Positions 28,357 to 39,887 are shown, numbered from the stretch's first letter. The stretch: 64,000 nucleotides of DNA from Candidatus Moraniibacteriota bacterium (GCA_016699385.1 CP064974.1:67242-131241); one strand, 5' to 3'. Notes: generated by a model not told the origin, from the sequence alone. Numbers and translations: made by a program.

Positions 28357-29535
28357 ATGAAAAATGAGATGTTGGAAACGTATATAGTGAGTCAAGTCCG
28401 AAGTGGGGTGAGAAAAGCCGATATTCAGGAAATGTTGCTCGCGGTCGGGTGGTCGGAAGAGGATGTGGACGCGGCGTATGCGCGAGCGCTTATTGCGGCG
28501 GGCGTGCCAGTTCCGGAGGGAATAGGGAAGGCGCTCGCAGCGAAGAAGGCTTCGACGGTTGACATTATGATTGGTTTCTTCTCATTCATTTTGCTGGGCA
28601 TTATCGTGTCAGCGCTCGGCTCGCTCTTTTTTGAAATAATCAATCGGTACTTCCCAGATACTGTTGTAAATGCTGGACTTGGATCAGTTGTCTCGTCGGA
28701 TGCGGTGCACTACTCGATGGCAGCGCTTTTTGTCGGGACTCCTTTGTACTTCTTCGCGATTCGTTTGTGGTTTCGTCGGTTTCGCGAAGATGATGCTCGC
28801 GCAGAATCTCGCCTGACTAAGTGGGTGACCTATCTCGTCCTTTTAATTGCTGCTGTCACGATTGTTGGTGACTTCATTGCGATTCTCTACACGTTTCTTC
28901 AGGGGGAAATCAGTGTGCGATTTTTCCTCAAGGCGATCGTGATTTTTGGAATTTCTGGAATGGTGTTTGGCTTTTATTTTCTGGAGAGGAAGAAGATTCA
29001 GTACAAGCACGATATTTCTCGGCAGGTATTCCAATCGTTTGGATGGGGACTTCTCGGCGCTGTTGTACTTGGAATCATACTGGGATTTCTGGCAGTTGGC
29101 TCTCCAGCTCTGGAGAGGAATCGAACATTTGATGCGCGTCGCGCGAGTGATTTGGAGAGGCTCGCGGGGTGTATACGTGGCTATGCGCAAGACTTTTCTC
29201 GTTTGCCGAAGGCACTTTCGGATTTGAAGCAGTCGAGCCAATATGGATATTGTTTGTCATTGGGAGATCCTGAGACGGGAGAGCCCTATGAGTATCGTGC
29301 TGTGAAAGGTTTCGCTTTGTTGCAAGATGGGAGTGAGGCACAGTTTGAATTGTGCGCGGTCTTCTCCTTGGAATCGAAGGGAGATGAGGCAATGACTCGT
29401 CAGGTGTCGTACGATGTTCCGATGGGCGCCTCTGGAGGCAAATGGGCTATGCACACATCTGGGAGGAACTGTACATCTGAGACAGTTATCTTGAATCGAA
29501 GTGCTCAGCCTTCTCCAATGAAGCCTTCGTATTGA
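28357..29535 (+). CDS. Polytopic membrane protein with an N-terminal soluble domain and a C-terminal pilin/pseudopilin-like segment.
   Basis: In-frame ATG (MKNEMLETYIV) just after the upstream stop. About 6 hydrophobic helices. After the last helix, ERNRTFDARRASDLERLAGCIRGYAQDFSRLPKALSDL resembles the conserved DARRxSDL..I..AL..Y region that follows the N-terminal helix of type IV pilins in CPR and Gram-positive bacteria. Confidence 0.55.
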   Translation: MKNEMLETYIVSQVRSGVRKADIQEMLLAVGWSEEDVDAAYARALIAAGVPVPEGIGKALAAKKASTVDIMIGFFSFILLGIIVSALGSLFFEIINRYFPDTVVNAGLGSVVSSDAVHYSMAALFVGTPLYFFAIRLWFRRFREDDARAESRLTKWVTYLVLLIAAVTIVGDFIAILYTFLQGEISVRFFLKAIVIFGISGMVFGFYFLERKKIQYKHDISRQVFQSFGWGLLGAVVLGIILGFLAVGSPALERNRTFDARRASDLERLAGCIRGYAQDFSRLPKALSDLKQSSQYGYCLSLGDPETGEPYEYRAVKGFALLQDGSEAQFELCAVFSLESKGDEAMTRQVSYDVPMGASGGKWAMHTSGRNCTSETVILNRSAQPSPMKPSY

Positions 29536-29687
29536 CAGAAGGGCTCAGTATGGTACGCTGGAAAAACAACCGAAAAGGCCTTTCTTGCTCCGCCTCGGGG
29601 TTTCCCTGAGGATATGGGCGGGACTCGAGACTTTACAGTCCGTGGCGCCTTTTTGCGTTGCGGGCTTTTTGTTTTTAATACGACCGT

Positions 29688-30176
29688 ATGATGGAATACG
29701 AGATATTGTATCTTGTGGGAGAGTCGAAGAAGGCGCAGCTTGATACCATCAAGAAAAGCGTTGAGGACGCGATTGTTGCGGCGGGCGGAGAGATGCAAGA
29801 GGGAGAATTTGTTGATGAGCGCCGGATGGAATATCCGATTAAGGGCGAGTCTCGAGGGACATATATTGCCAAGCGCTTTACAGTGAAAGAGGGTGCGGGT
29901 GATATTCCTGCAGAGGTGACGAAAACGATATCGTTCGACAAGAATATACTGCGATTTATGGTCGTGCGCGCTGAGGAATTGCCGACACTCGAAGAATCTC
30001 AGGAGCGAGTGCGACATACTCCGGACACGAGACGGAAACCTCAGGGGCGATATATTTCGAGTCGTCAGCGCCCCCCTCAGAGCGTGGCACCTGCTGTTGT
30101 GAAGCCGGAATCGGCAGCATCAGCATTGTCTGATACAGAGATAGACAAGAAGCTTGGTGAGGTTTTGGATATTTAA
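29688..30176 (+). CDS. rpsF: 30S ribosomal protein S6 with a C-terminal extension.
   Basis: YEILYLV...RMEYPIKGESRGTYIAKRF...ILRFMVVR matches the S6 core. It sits in the canonical rpsF-ssb-rpsR context. Confidence 0.85.
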   Translation: MMEYEILYLVGESKKAQLDTIKKSVEDAIVAAGGEMQEGEFVDERRMEYPIKGESRGTYIAKRFTVKEGAGDIPAEVTKTISFDKNILRFMVVRAEELPTLEESQERVRHTPDTRRKPQGRYISSRQRPPQSVAPAVVKPESAASALSDTEIDKKLGEVLDI

Positions 30177-30193
30177 TTCTTTTCCTCTCGCTT

Positions 30194-30685
30194 ATGAATG
30201 TGAACAAGGCGATTTTGGTAGGAAGGCTGACGCGTGATCCCGAGACGAGGACGACGCCGAGTGGACAGACCGTGGCGACAATCGGACTCGCGACCAGTCA
30301 CCGATGGAGCGACAAGAGTGGACAGAAGCAAGAAAAGACCGAATTTCACACCATCATTCTTTGGGGTCGGACAGCAGAAGTAGCGGCGCAGTATCTGACA
30401 AAGGGTCAGGAGGCTTATTTTGAAGGTCGGATTCAGACGAGAAGCTATACCGGGAAAGACGGAGTTGAACGAAAAGTGACAGAAATCGTTGCAGAAAACA
30501 TGCAGCTTGGAAGTCGCCCAATGGGGCAAGGCGGCGGATCTTCGCGATCAGAATCCACTCCGGCATCGCGTCCAACAGGCCAGAATCAGCCAAAATCTAC
30601 GCCAACTGCCACAGATGATGATATTCCGACTATCAATCTCGATGATGAGAAAGAGGAGATAAAGATCGAGGATGTCCCATTCTGA
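30194..30685 (+). CDS. ssb: Single-stranded DNA-binding protein.
   Basis: OB-fold N-terminus MNVNKAILVGRLTRDPETR...TEFHTIILWGR, a Gly/Gln-rich linker and the acidic C-terminal tail DDDIPF. Confidence 0.9.
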   Translation: MNVNKAILVGRLTRDPETRTTPSGQTVATIGLATSHRWSDKSGQKQEKTEFHTIILWGRTAEVAAQYLTKGQEAYFEGRIQTRSYTGKDGVERKVTEIVAENMQLGSRPMGQGGGSSRSESTPASRPTGQNQPKSTPTATDDDIPTINLDDEKEEIKIEDVPF

Positions 30686-30764
30686 TTTTCAGGAACGACA
30701 ATTTCACTTTTATAGGAATACTGAAAGAGAAAGTTTCTTCAGAAGTGGTGATTCCTTTTAATTT

Positions 30765-30995
30765 ATGCAAATAACTATGAGTACTATGCAGACCAGCGAA
30801 CAGGAACAGGCAATGCGAAAGAAACTCGAAGCACTCGATTACAAAGATGCGCACTTCCTTCGGCGATTTCTCAATTCGCAGGGAAAAATTTATCCGCCAA
30901 AGAAATTTGGATTGACCGTCAAGGAACAACGACACCTCTCTGTCGCGATTAAGCGCGCGCGATACATGGCGCTCGTCCCATATGTTATCCAGTAA
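30765..30995 (+). CDS. rpsR: 30S ribosomal protein S18.
   Basis: LDYKDAHFLRRFLNSQGKIYPPKKFGLTVKEQRHLSVAIKRARYMALVPY matches the S18 signature. The start codon is ambiguous among three nearby ATGs. Confidence 0.85.
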   Translation: MQITMSTMQTSEQEQAMRKKLEALDYKDAHFLRRFLNSQGKIYPPKKFGLTVKEQRHLSVAIKRARYMALVPYVIQ

Positions 30996-31006
30996 TAGCT
31001 GTTCGT

Positions 31007-31564
31007 ATGCTGAATATCAGTGATATCAAAACCGGAAAGAAAATTGTGGTGGAGGGCGACCCCTACGCCGTGCTCTATCATGAACATTCAAAGACGGGTC
31101 GTGCGGGCGCTGTCTTGCGGACCCGCCTCAAGAATCTTCGGACGGGTGCTGTGCTAGAACGGACATTTCAGGGATCGGACAAAGTGGATGAGGCAGATGT
31201 TGCGAAGTCTAAAGCGCAGTACCTATACAAGGAGGGGAATTCGTATGCTTTCATGGATATGGAGTCATATGATCAGGTATCTCTGTCGACAGAGACGCTT
31301 TCTGGCGCAGAGCGATATCTCGTTGAAGGGATAGAGGTGACGCTTCTGCAGTTTGAAGGGACGCCGCTCACTATCGAGCTTCCGCCGAAGGTGACGCTGA
31401 CAGTTGTCGATGCGCCTCCGGGCATAAAAGGGGACAGTGTTTCTTCTGGCGACAAGCTTGTGAAGCTCGAAACCGGACTCGAGGTGACGACGCCACTTTT
31501 TGTCAAAGAGGGCGATCGAATACTGGTAAATACTGATCGTGGTACCTATGTGTCTCGCGCATAA
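31007..31564 (+). CDS. efp: Elongation factor P.
   Basis: Full-length similarity to EF-P (KIVVEGDPYAVLYHEHSKTGRAGAVLRTRLKNLRTG...TLTVVDAPPGIKGDSVSSGDKLVKLETGLEVTTPLFV...TDRGTYVSRA). Confidence 0.9.
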   Translation: MLNISDIKTGKKIVVEGDPYAVLYHEHSKTGRAGAVLRTRLKNLRTGAVLERTFQGSDKVDEADVAKSKAQYLYKEGNSYAFMDMESYDQVSLSTETLSGAERYLVEGIEVTLLQFEGTPLTIELPPKVTLTVVDAPPGIKGDSVSSGDKLVKLETGLEVTTPLFVKEGDRILVNTDRGTYVSRA

Positions 31565-31693
31565 GAGCGCCTGTCTTGCATGAGGCAGATGTTTGAGAGC
31601 GCGAGTTATTTTGTTTGCGTACACTCGAGTTTTTGGCTATACTGAAGACTGGAGAGGGGAGGAGTTCCTTTGTTTTCTTGACGGCAGAGCGAT

Positions 31694-32083
31694 ATGAAAT
31701 GGGCGCTTGTTTTGTGGGGACTGGTCTTGAGTACGATTCTCTCAGCTCTTGCGTGGGGAGCAGTGCTTTTTTTCGTGAGCCCAGAAAACGCCACTGGATT
31801 CGAATGGGCACTTTTCTTACTCTCACTTCTGCTCGTTCTTACGGGTACCTGTTCTCTCGGCATTCTCTTGCTGCGACGAATGTTATTTGGGATTGACTGG
31901 GCATTGATGCGTGTCGGCACGAGTGTTCGTCAAGGCTTGTTTCTTGCGATATTTTTCGTGGGAGCACTCCTCCTTGTGCGTGCTGGGTGGTTTGTCTGGT
32001 GGGATGCAATGCTTCTCTTTGGTTTCCTGTTTCTTGTCGATCTCTTTTTCCTTCGGAAGTTTCGGGTAAAGAAATCGGAATGA
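31694..32083 (+). CDS. Hypothetical small membrane protein with 3-4 TM helices.
   Basis: 129-aa ORF that is strongly hydrophobic. A ggaggag RBS-like element lies upstream. Confidence 0.5.
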   Translation: MKWALVLWGLVLSTILSALAWGAVLFFVSPENATGFEWALFLLSLLLVLTGTCSLGILLLRRMLFGIDWALMRVGTSVRQGLFLAIFFVGALLLVRAGWFVWWDAMLLFGFLFLVDLFFLRKFRVKKSE

Positions 32084-32100
32084 GTTTTCACTATACGTAG

Positions 32101-34341
<2,241 letters not shown>

Positions 34342-34353
34342 AGTGAGATAATA

Positions 34354-34382
34354 TTGACAGTTATTAATTTATGCTGTATAAA
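34354..34382 (+). promoter_or_regulatory. Candidate sigma70 promoter (TTGACA, 17-nt spacer, TATAAA) upstream of 34531..35115.
   Basis: ttgacagttattaatttatgctgtataaa. Confidence 0.4.
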
Positions 34383-34530
34383 ATATATAGGTGCGATTTC
34401 GGTATCTTTCTCGAATCAAGAGAAAGTGAGTGTTTTCGGTTTTTGTTGCGTACCTTAAATTTTTTGGGAGGGCGGAAATAATCGAGAAGGTAAGGAGAAG
34501 CGTTCTTTGCTATCAGAAAGGAGCAAGAAG

Positions 34531-35115
34531 ATGGCTGAAAAATCCGAATTTGAAAAGTGTTTTCCTGTGATTAGTGAAGAAGTCCTGTCATCTCCATGGC
34601 AGGGGAAGTCTCGAGAAACGCTGCAACCAATCGACGTGGATATTTGGGAGGTTCTTGATATGGCTGGCACTCCGAATGTATTCATCCGCTTCGGAAGTGG
34701 TCAATCACTATCGCTGCTTTCGATACAGGCTGCAATTGGAAATGTCGACGATGCGCTGAAACTTCTGAAAATGGGCGCCTTTGTGGATTCGACTGCGCTT
34801 GAATATTGGCTTATAGCGGGAGAGGAGCTTGCTCAAGCGATGTATTCCTCATGTTGTGCGCAGCTTCTTCGGCAGGAACTTCAGCAGAGAGGCTTTGCTA
34901 TAGAAGACACGGAGACCCTGAAGCAGTACATTGAAATACTCTCCAAGTTTCGCATGAAAGGGGATGAAAACCTCCTCATCTCAAAGCTGAGTCGAGGATT
35001 TATTGGCGACCTGTGCACGGATTACGAGAGAGTAGTCGCCTGTGCGTTTCGGAAGGATTTTCGCTTGCTCGCCGGATACCTTCTCGAGGTTTTGAGGGAG
35101 AATGGTCCGCGGTGA
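34531..35115 (+). CDS. Hypothetical protein, possibly with a degenerate ankyrin-like repeat.
   Basis: The ATG of MAEKSEFEK is preceded by a strong aaaggag RBS with a 7-nt spacer. I recognise no homology. Confidence 0.55.
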   Translation: MAEKSEFEKCFPVISEEVLSSPWQGKSRETLQPIDVDIWEVLDMAGTPNVFIRFGSGQSLSLLSIQAAIGNVDDALKLLKMGAFVDSTALEYWLIAGEELAQAMYSSCCAQLLRQELQQRGFAIEDTETLKQYIEILSKFRMKGDENLLISKLSRGFIGDLCTDYERVVACAFRKDFRLLAGYLLEVLRENGPR

Positions 35116-35144
35116 GCTGAGGTGAAAGGAGTGGGAAAATTCGA

Positions 35145-35180
35145 ACCGGCATCAATTGTGTTGATGCCGGTTTTTCTTTT
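35145..35180 (+). terminator. Rho-independent terminator.
   Basis: Stem accggcatcaa/ttgatgccggt with loop ttgtg, followed by tttttctttt. Confidence 0.65.
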
Positions 35181-35300
35181 GCGTATAAACGGGGGAGTGA
35201 ATTATTTCCGGAAGCGGGCGAGATTGAATTTGCTTAGGATATTGCCGCCGCCTTGACCTTGTCTGGGCTTTCATGCTACGCTTTTTGGGCAGGGAATCCT

Positions 35301-35329
35301 TTGCTCTCCCGGTTCTTTTCTCCTATACT
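35301..35329 (+). promoter_or_regulatory. Candidate promoter (TTGCTC, 17-nt spacer, TATACT) placed so that transcription would start at or near the ATG at 35336, which suggests a leaderless mRNA.
   Basis: ttgctctcccggttcttttctcctatact cgatgt ATG. Confidence 0.35.
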
Positions 35330-35335
35330 CGATGT

Positions 35336-35656
35336 ATGAATGGGTCAATCGGAAATCTGAAGTCACTCGCAAAGTGCCCAGTGTGTAACAAAAAATACAC
35401 GCCCGCTGTTGTGACGCCGCTTGCCGAGAATGATACTCGCTCGACGGTGCATATTTCGTGCCCGTCATGTGGTGTCTCGAGTATCCTTTTTGTATCGATG
35501 AATCAGTGGGGCGTTGCAAGTGTCGGCGTGCTTACGGATCTCGGAGGAGAGGAGTCCAAGAAGCATTTCGGGCAGGAAGTTGTCTCGACTGATCAGGCAC
35601 TTGATGCCTATATCTTCTTCAAGGAGCGAGCGGGGCATTTGAGTGATATATTGTAA
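35336..35656 (+). CDS. Small zinc-ribbon protein with two CPxC pairs; function unknown.
   Basis: MNGSIGNLKSLAKCPVCNKK...HISCPSCGV. The ORF continues upstream to 35273, but the promoter position favours 35336. Confidence 0.5.
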   Translation: MNGSIGNLKSLAKCPVCNKKYTPAVVTPLAENDTRSTVHISCPSCGVSSILFVSMNQWGVASVGVLTDLGGEESKKHFGQEVVSTDQALDAYIFFKERAGHLSDIL

Positions 35657-35749
35657 CGAGTATTTTGGAGAGAACTGATTCCCTCTGGACTTTGATGATT
35701 TGGATAGATTTTTTTTATTTTTCCGGTCAGTCTTTTTTGAAATGCATTT

Positions 35750-36418
35750 ATGAGCGCATCAATACAACTCTCAGTCGATAAGCGGGTAAAGGATGAATCG
35801 ACGCTGTCAAGTATCCGAAAAAACGGACGAATTCCTGCCATACTCTATGGACATGGGAATGCGCCTCAGATGCTGACGGTCCCCTCTCTTGAGTTTTCAC
35901 GTGCTTACAAGGAGGCTGGCGAAAACACCATCGTCGAGCTCTCACTTCCAAAGGGAAAGTCGATCAATACGCTTATCTACGATGTGCAACTTGATCCTTT
36001 GTCAGGAAATATTCTTCACGCAGATTTTTATCAAGTGCGCATGGATGAAAAGGTGGAAGCACATGTGCCGCTCGAATTTGTCGGTGAATCACTCGCAGTT
36101 CGCGGGTCTGGTGGTATTCTTGTGAAGGCGCTCGATGAAGTGGAGGTCTCGTGTCTTCCGGGAAGTATTCCCCATGAATTCTCTATCGATATTTCCGTAC
36201 TTGCTACATTTGATGATCAGATTCACGTTTCTGACATTGTTGTTCCAGAAGGTGTCGAGATGCTGAGTGATCAGGATACCGTTGTGGCGCTCGTTGAACG
36301 TCCGAGAACAGATGAAGAAATGGCATCACTTGAAACAAAGGTGGAAGCCGACGTCAACAAAGTGGAAGGTGTTGTGAAGAAAGAGGCAACTCCGGGTGCC
36401 GAGAAGAATCCCGAATAA
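35750..36418 (+). CDS. rplY: 50S ribosomal protein L25 / general stress protein Ctc.
   Basis: RKNGRIPAILYGHG...NTLIYDVQLDPLSGNILHADFYQV and a C-terminal Ctc-type domain with an acidic tail. Confidence 0.85.
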   Translation: MSASIQLSVDKRVKDESTLSSIRKNGRIPAILYGHGNAPQMLTVPSLEFSRAYKEAGENTIVELSLPKGKSINTLIYDVQLDPLSGNILHADFYQVRMDEKVEAHVPLEFVGESLAVRGSGGILVKALDEVEVSCLPGSIPHEFSIDISVLATFDDQIHVSDIVVPEGVEMLSDQDTVVALVERPRTDEEMASLETKVEADVNKVEGVVKKEATPGAEKNPE

Positions 36419-36447
36419 GTCATTTGTTGATATTTTCTGACAGAAAA

Positions 36448-36477
36448 AGGAGTCCGTATTGACAGACTCCTTTTTTT
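36448..36477. terminator. Bidirectional-looking rho-independent terminator after rplY.
   Basis: aaaaaggagtc-cgtattgaca-gactcctttttttct: a 7-8 bp stem flanked by an A-run and a T-run. Confidence 0.6.
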
Positions 36478-36733
36478 CTGCTACTTTGGGATATTGGAAA
36501 GGAAAGAGCGACTCTGTATATGTTCTTCTCTCCGCTCTTTGGCGTCTGAGGCTCCGCCCGCAGTACCATTCGAGGACTATCCCTCCTTAGGTCCCCGAAG
36601 GTTGCGCTTCCCACGTCTTCGGACAAAAGGAAACGGCTGCGGACGGAACCCTATGCGCCAATACAAAACAGCCCTGTGTCCCACAAAGGACATGAGGTTG
36701 TTTTGTTTTTTTGGGAGATTTTTGAGTAATACT

Positions 36734-37291
36734 TCAACCTCTTGCTTCTATCCAAGTTTGAAGTCTCTCGGTAATGTTTGGGAATATTTTTTCGATAGCG
36801 GCGTATTCATCTGCAGAAAATGGTTCGAGTACGAATGCTGCAGTGTCTTTTTGGGAGTTTTCGATGGTTCTCTCCTCGGGGTTTTTGATGCCGATTCGGA
36901 AGCGGAAAAACTCTTTGGTATTGAGTGCGCCGATGATGTCTTCGACGCCATTGTGTCCGGCGGATCGGGAATCGAATGATTCGCGGACTTCCCCAAGGGG
37001 AATATCGAGGTCGTCGTGGATGACGGCGATATGATTCGATTCGATTTTGTAGAACCGGGAAATTTTTTGTACGGCATCTCCGGAGCGATTCATGAATGTG
37101 CGTGGACGAGCGAGTAGGATTTTCTCCGTGTCGATTCTTCCTTCGGAACATTCCGCTCGAAAGGATGCATTGTCTCGGAAGGGTGGGAAGTTCCATTCTT
37201 GTCGGATGTATTCGAGATAAGAAAATCCGATATTGTGTCGTGTGTCGAGATATTTCTTTCCAGGATTGCCGAGACCGATTATGAGATGCAT
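36734..37291 (-). CDS. pth: Peptidyl-tRNA hydrolase.
   Basis: MHLIIGLGNPGKKYLDTRHNIGF...RPRTFMNRSG...HDDLDIPLG are canonical Pth motifs. Confidence 0.9.
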   Translation of the reverse strand: MHLIIGLGNPGKKYLDTRHNIGFSYLEYIRQEWNFPPFRDNASFRAECSEGRIDTEKILLARPRTFMNRSGDAVQKISRFYKIESNHIAVIHDDLDIPLGEVRESFDSRSAGHNGVEDIIGALNTKEFFRFRIGIKNPEERTIENSQKDTAAFVLEPFSADEYAAIEKIFPNITERLQTWIEARG

Positions 37292-37345
37292 AGGTGTGAG
37301 AGATGAAGAAATTAGAGGGAGAAAATACGGTATATGTGATGGCGG

Positions 37346-39070
37346 TTATTTTTCTCTTGATGTGAGAGCGGTATCGATTTGCTTCTGGTAAGCAGGATCT
37401 TTCTCGGCATTCTGAATGTCGTCCATGGTATCTTCTTCGAATGAGAGGCGTTTGGCAATATCATTCCCGAGGAAGATGAGTATACTGCTGTCATCACTCT
37501 CATTAAATGAGATACCGGCAGGAGGATTATTTGGGTCAGCTATGCGGAGGGAGAGTTTTGTGGCAATTTCGTCAGTTGTGTAAACAGCCTCTGTGCCACC
37601 GCGGCGGAAGATGATGCTGGTATCGAGCGGGGCGCCGCCTCTCGGTGGCAAATCTTCTGTTGAATGCGTTGTCGACGCTATGTGTACATGCTGTATGTGC
37701 AAATTTTCACTGAGGAATCGAGCGACTCGTGCGCTGAGTGTTGGCGTATCTGACTGGTTGATGAGGGTGACATGAGCATCCTCTGCCTCAATAGCTTCTT
37801 GTCGAGCCTTGAGCTTGTCGAGGTCGAAGATATCGCGAGCAAGCTCTCGTGTTTCGCTCCAGTCTCCTGTACGAGGGAGCAAAATAAACATAGCTACTGG
37901 ACCAACGGGAACATGGGAGACTCGAAGGAGACTGTCTTTTTTCCAAGCATCAACGACGGCAGTTGCAATGTTTGTTGTGTCGAAGTCATCGGCAAGTCCG
38001 ATGAGGCTCTGCATATTTTCTAGGGAGAGATCGGTACGAATGTGGTCTCCAAGTGTATTAATGATATTTGAAACGGCAAAGGGGTTGAAGAGTATCTTGA
38101 GAGAGAATGCCTTTTTCTTTAAAGCCGAGAGAATAGCTTGTTGGCGTTTGGCGCGTCCGAAGTCGCCTTCTGGGTCACTGTGTCGTTCGCGCACATACTT
38201 GAGAGCGGTCGCGCCATCGAGGTCTTGCCAGCCCTTGTTGATGGAGAATGTTTCATAGCTGTAATTTGGTCCGGGGAATCTGGAGTCGAAGAGGTCTTGC
38301 TCGACATAGATGCTGACACCGCCGACCAGGTTTACGATGTTAATGAATCCATCGTAGTCGAGTGTTGCAAAGGCGTGTATGGGGAGTCCGATGATGTTTG
38401 AGACAGCTTGCTTTATCGTTTCGGCGCTAGCTTTGTTGTTTTGGTCTATTTGATAGAGAGCATTTAGTTTGGTGAAAGTATGTGTTCCGGGTATTTCGAC
38501 GTAGAGATCGCGAGGGAGTGAGAGAAGGGCAATCCTTTTTCGAGAGAAATCAAAACTAGCAATCATGATAGTGTCGGTGAGATTTTGTCCGGCGGTTTTT
38601 TCGTTTGCTTTTCCAAGGAGAAGGATATTTGTGCGTCCGTCACTCTCGCCAGGGAGAGGCAATCTCTCACGATGAAGAATGGGAGTGAGGAGTGATGTTG
38701 CACCATGAATCGTATCGGAAAGTGCTGTGTTCTCTTGTGTCTCTTGTGGACTGATGCTCATAGATCTTGTAGCTCCACCGACTTTCCAAGAGAGATATCC
38801 GAGCGTGGAAATGGCAGTCAGTGTGAAGAGTACGAATGTCCAAACAAGAAATCGCAGAAGCGTTTTGCGGCGTCGAGGTGGACATTGCTTGCGTATGTTC
38901 GCGGTATTTCGCGGACCATGAAAGCGATTACTCGAAGGAAGGACTCTCTCGAAATGCTTTGGGAGAGCGGTATGCGTAATGCTGGGAGCGGGGCGTGTGT
39001 TCCTTTGTGGGGAAATTTTTTTGCGAAGGCTATCCATGGAAATATTTCTGTATAAGTGTTGTCTTGCCAA
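37346..39070 (-). CDS. LytR-CpsA-Psr (LCP) family cell-envelope polymer transferase with an N-terminal TM anchor.
   Basis: TNILLLGKANEKTAGQNLTDTIMIASFD...IALLSLPRDLYVEIPG...KLNALY matches the LCP core. TM helix LLRFLVWTFVLFTLTAISTLGYL. Confidence 0.8.
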   Translation of the reverse strand: MARQHLYRNISMDSLRKKISPQRNTRPAPSITHTALPKHFERVLPSSNRFHGPRNTANIRKQCPPRRRKTLLRFLVWTFVLFTLTAISTLGYLSWKVGGATRSMSISPQETQENTALSDTIHGATSLLTPILHRERLPLPGESDGRTNILLLGKANEKTAGQNLTDTIMIASFDFSRKRIALLSLPRDLYVEIPGTHTFTKLNALYQIDQNNKASAETIKQAVSNIIGLPIHAFATLDYDGFINIVNLVGGVSIYVEQDLFDSRFPGPNYSYETFSINKGWQDLDGATALKYVRERHSDPEGDFGRAKRQQAILSALKKKAFSLKILFNPFAVSNIINTLGDHIRTDLSLENMQSLIGLADDFDTTNIATAVVDAWKKDSLLRVSHVPVGPVAMFILLPRTGDWSETRELARDIFDLDKLKARQEAIEAEDAHVTLINQSDTPTLSARVARFLSENLHIQHVHIASTTHSTEDLPPRGGAPLDTSIIFRRGGTEAVYTTDEIATKLSLRIADPNNPPAGISFNESDDSSILIFLGNDIAKRLSFEEDTMDDIQNAEKDPAYQKQIDTALTSREK

Positions 39071-39221
39071 GCGTCGAATGCGCGTGATATTCTGTGAAGG
39101 TTAGCTTGTGTATTCGGAGATTGACTCTTTCCAAGAGCTCTTCCAACGGGGAAAAAGAATTTTTATAGAGAGCGCTGAAGGAGTTCCAGATGCGCATCGC
39201 CCAATCCATTGAAAGCACTGT

Positions 39222-39875
39222 ATGAACGATATCGAACCGTCTCGCTCCAAAAATACCGATTCGTATCAAGAGACATTTGATGACGAAGAAGTCTATGGCG
39301 TTGGGCGATTTCTGTGGGAAATCGTGAAAATCGTTATTCTTGCGCTGATTATCATTATACCTGTCCGCGCCTTCTTCTTCCAGCCGTTTTTTGTACAGGG
39401 ATCAAGCATGGAACCGAATTTCCATGATGGAGAATATCTCGTTGTTGGTGAGTTTGGTTACAAAGAGACGAGTGTCGGATTTGGCGGGACAAATTTGTTG
39501 AATGTGATGCCGTTTAAGGAATTGCATCGCGGCGATGCCGTGGTCTTTCGTCCGCCAGGTATCACCGGACAGTTTTTTATTAAGCGAGTCGTCGGACTGC
39601 CGGGCGAGACGATAGAGATTAACAATTCTCACATCATTATCAAAAATGCGCAGGCTCCGGGAGGATTCGTTCTCAATGAGCGAACATACCTTCTGCCATC
39701 CGTAGAGACGACAGGGGATAGGGTATTGACGCTTGGTGACAATGAATACTTCCTTTTGGGCGACAATCGTACAGCAAGCAAGGACTCTCGTGCCTTCGGC
39801 CCTGTTTCAAAAGATCGTATTACCGGCAAAGTGATGTTGCGTGCGTGGCCGTTTAGTCGTCTCACTTTTTTCTAA
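39222..39875 (+). CDS. lepB: Signal peptidase I.
   Basis: S26 boxes are present: GSSMEPNF (catalytic Ser), GDAVVFRPP, IKRVVGLPGETIE (catalytic Lys) and LGDNRTASKDSRAFGPV. Confidence 0.85.
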   Translation: MNDIEPSRSKNTDSYQETFDDEEVYGVGRFLWEIVKIVILALIIIIPVRAFFFQPFFVQGSSMEPNFHDGEYLVVGEFGYKETSVGFGGTNLLNVMPFKELHRGDAVVFRPPGITGQFFIKRVVGLPGETIEINNSHIIIKNAQAPGGFVLNERTYLLPSVETTGDRVLTLGDNEYFLLGDNRTASKDSRAFGPVSKDRITGKVMLRAWPFSRLTFF

Positions 39876-39887
39876 ACCTCCTTAACT

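Noticed and set aside
34531-35115. Ankyrin-repeat annotation for the 194-aa hypothetical protein.
   Set aside because: Only one loose G-TP...A..G....LL..GA-like segment is present. That is too weak without a profile search, so the gene stays hypothetical.
36478-36733. Assigning the orphan GC-rich interval to SRP RNA, tmRNA, RNase P RNA or 6S RNA.
   Set aside because: I could not find the hallmark sequences. These are the SRP domain IV GGAAG/AGCAGC motif, the tmRNA tRNA-like ends with a GGUUCGAUUCC T-arm, and the RNase P P4 blocks. The family therefore remains unassigned.
36494-36979. A 161-aa ORF spanning the rplY-pth intergenic region.
   Set aside because: It runs antisense through the 3' end of pth, has no RBS and a Cys/Arg-rich composition. 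The interval is better explained as non-coding (candidate ncRNA).
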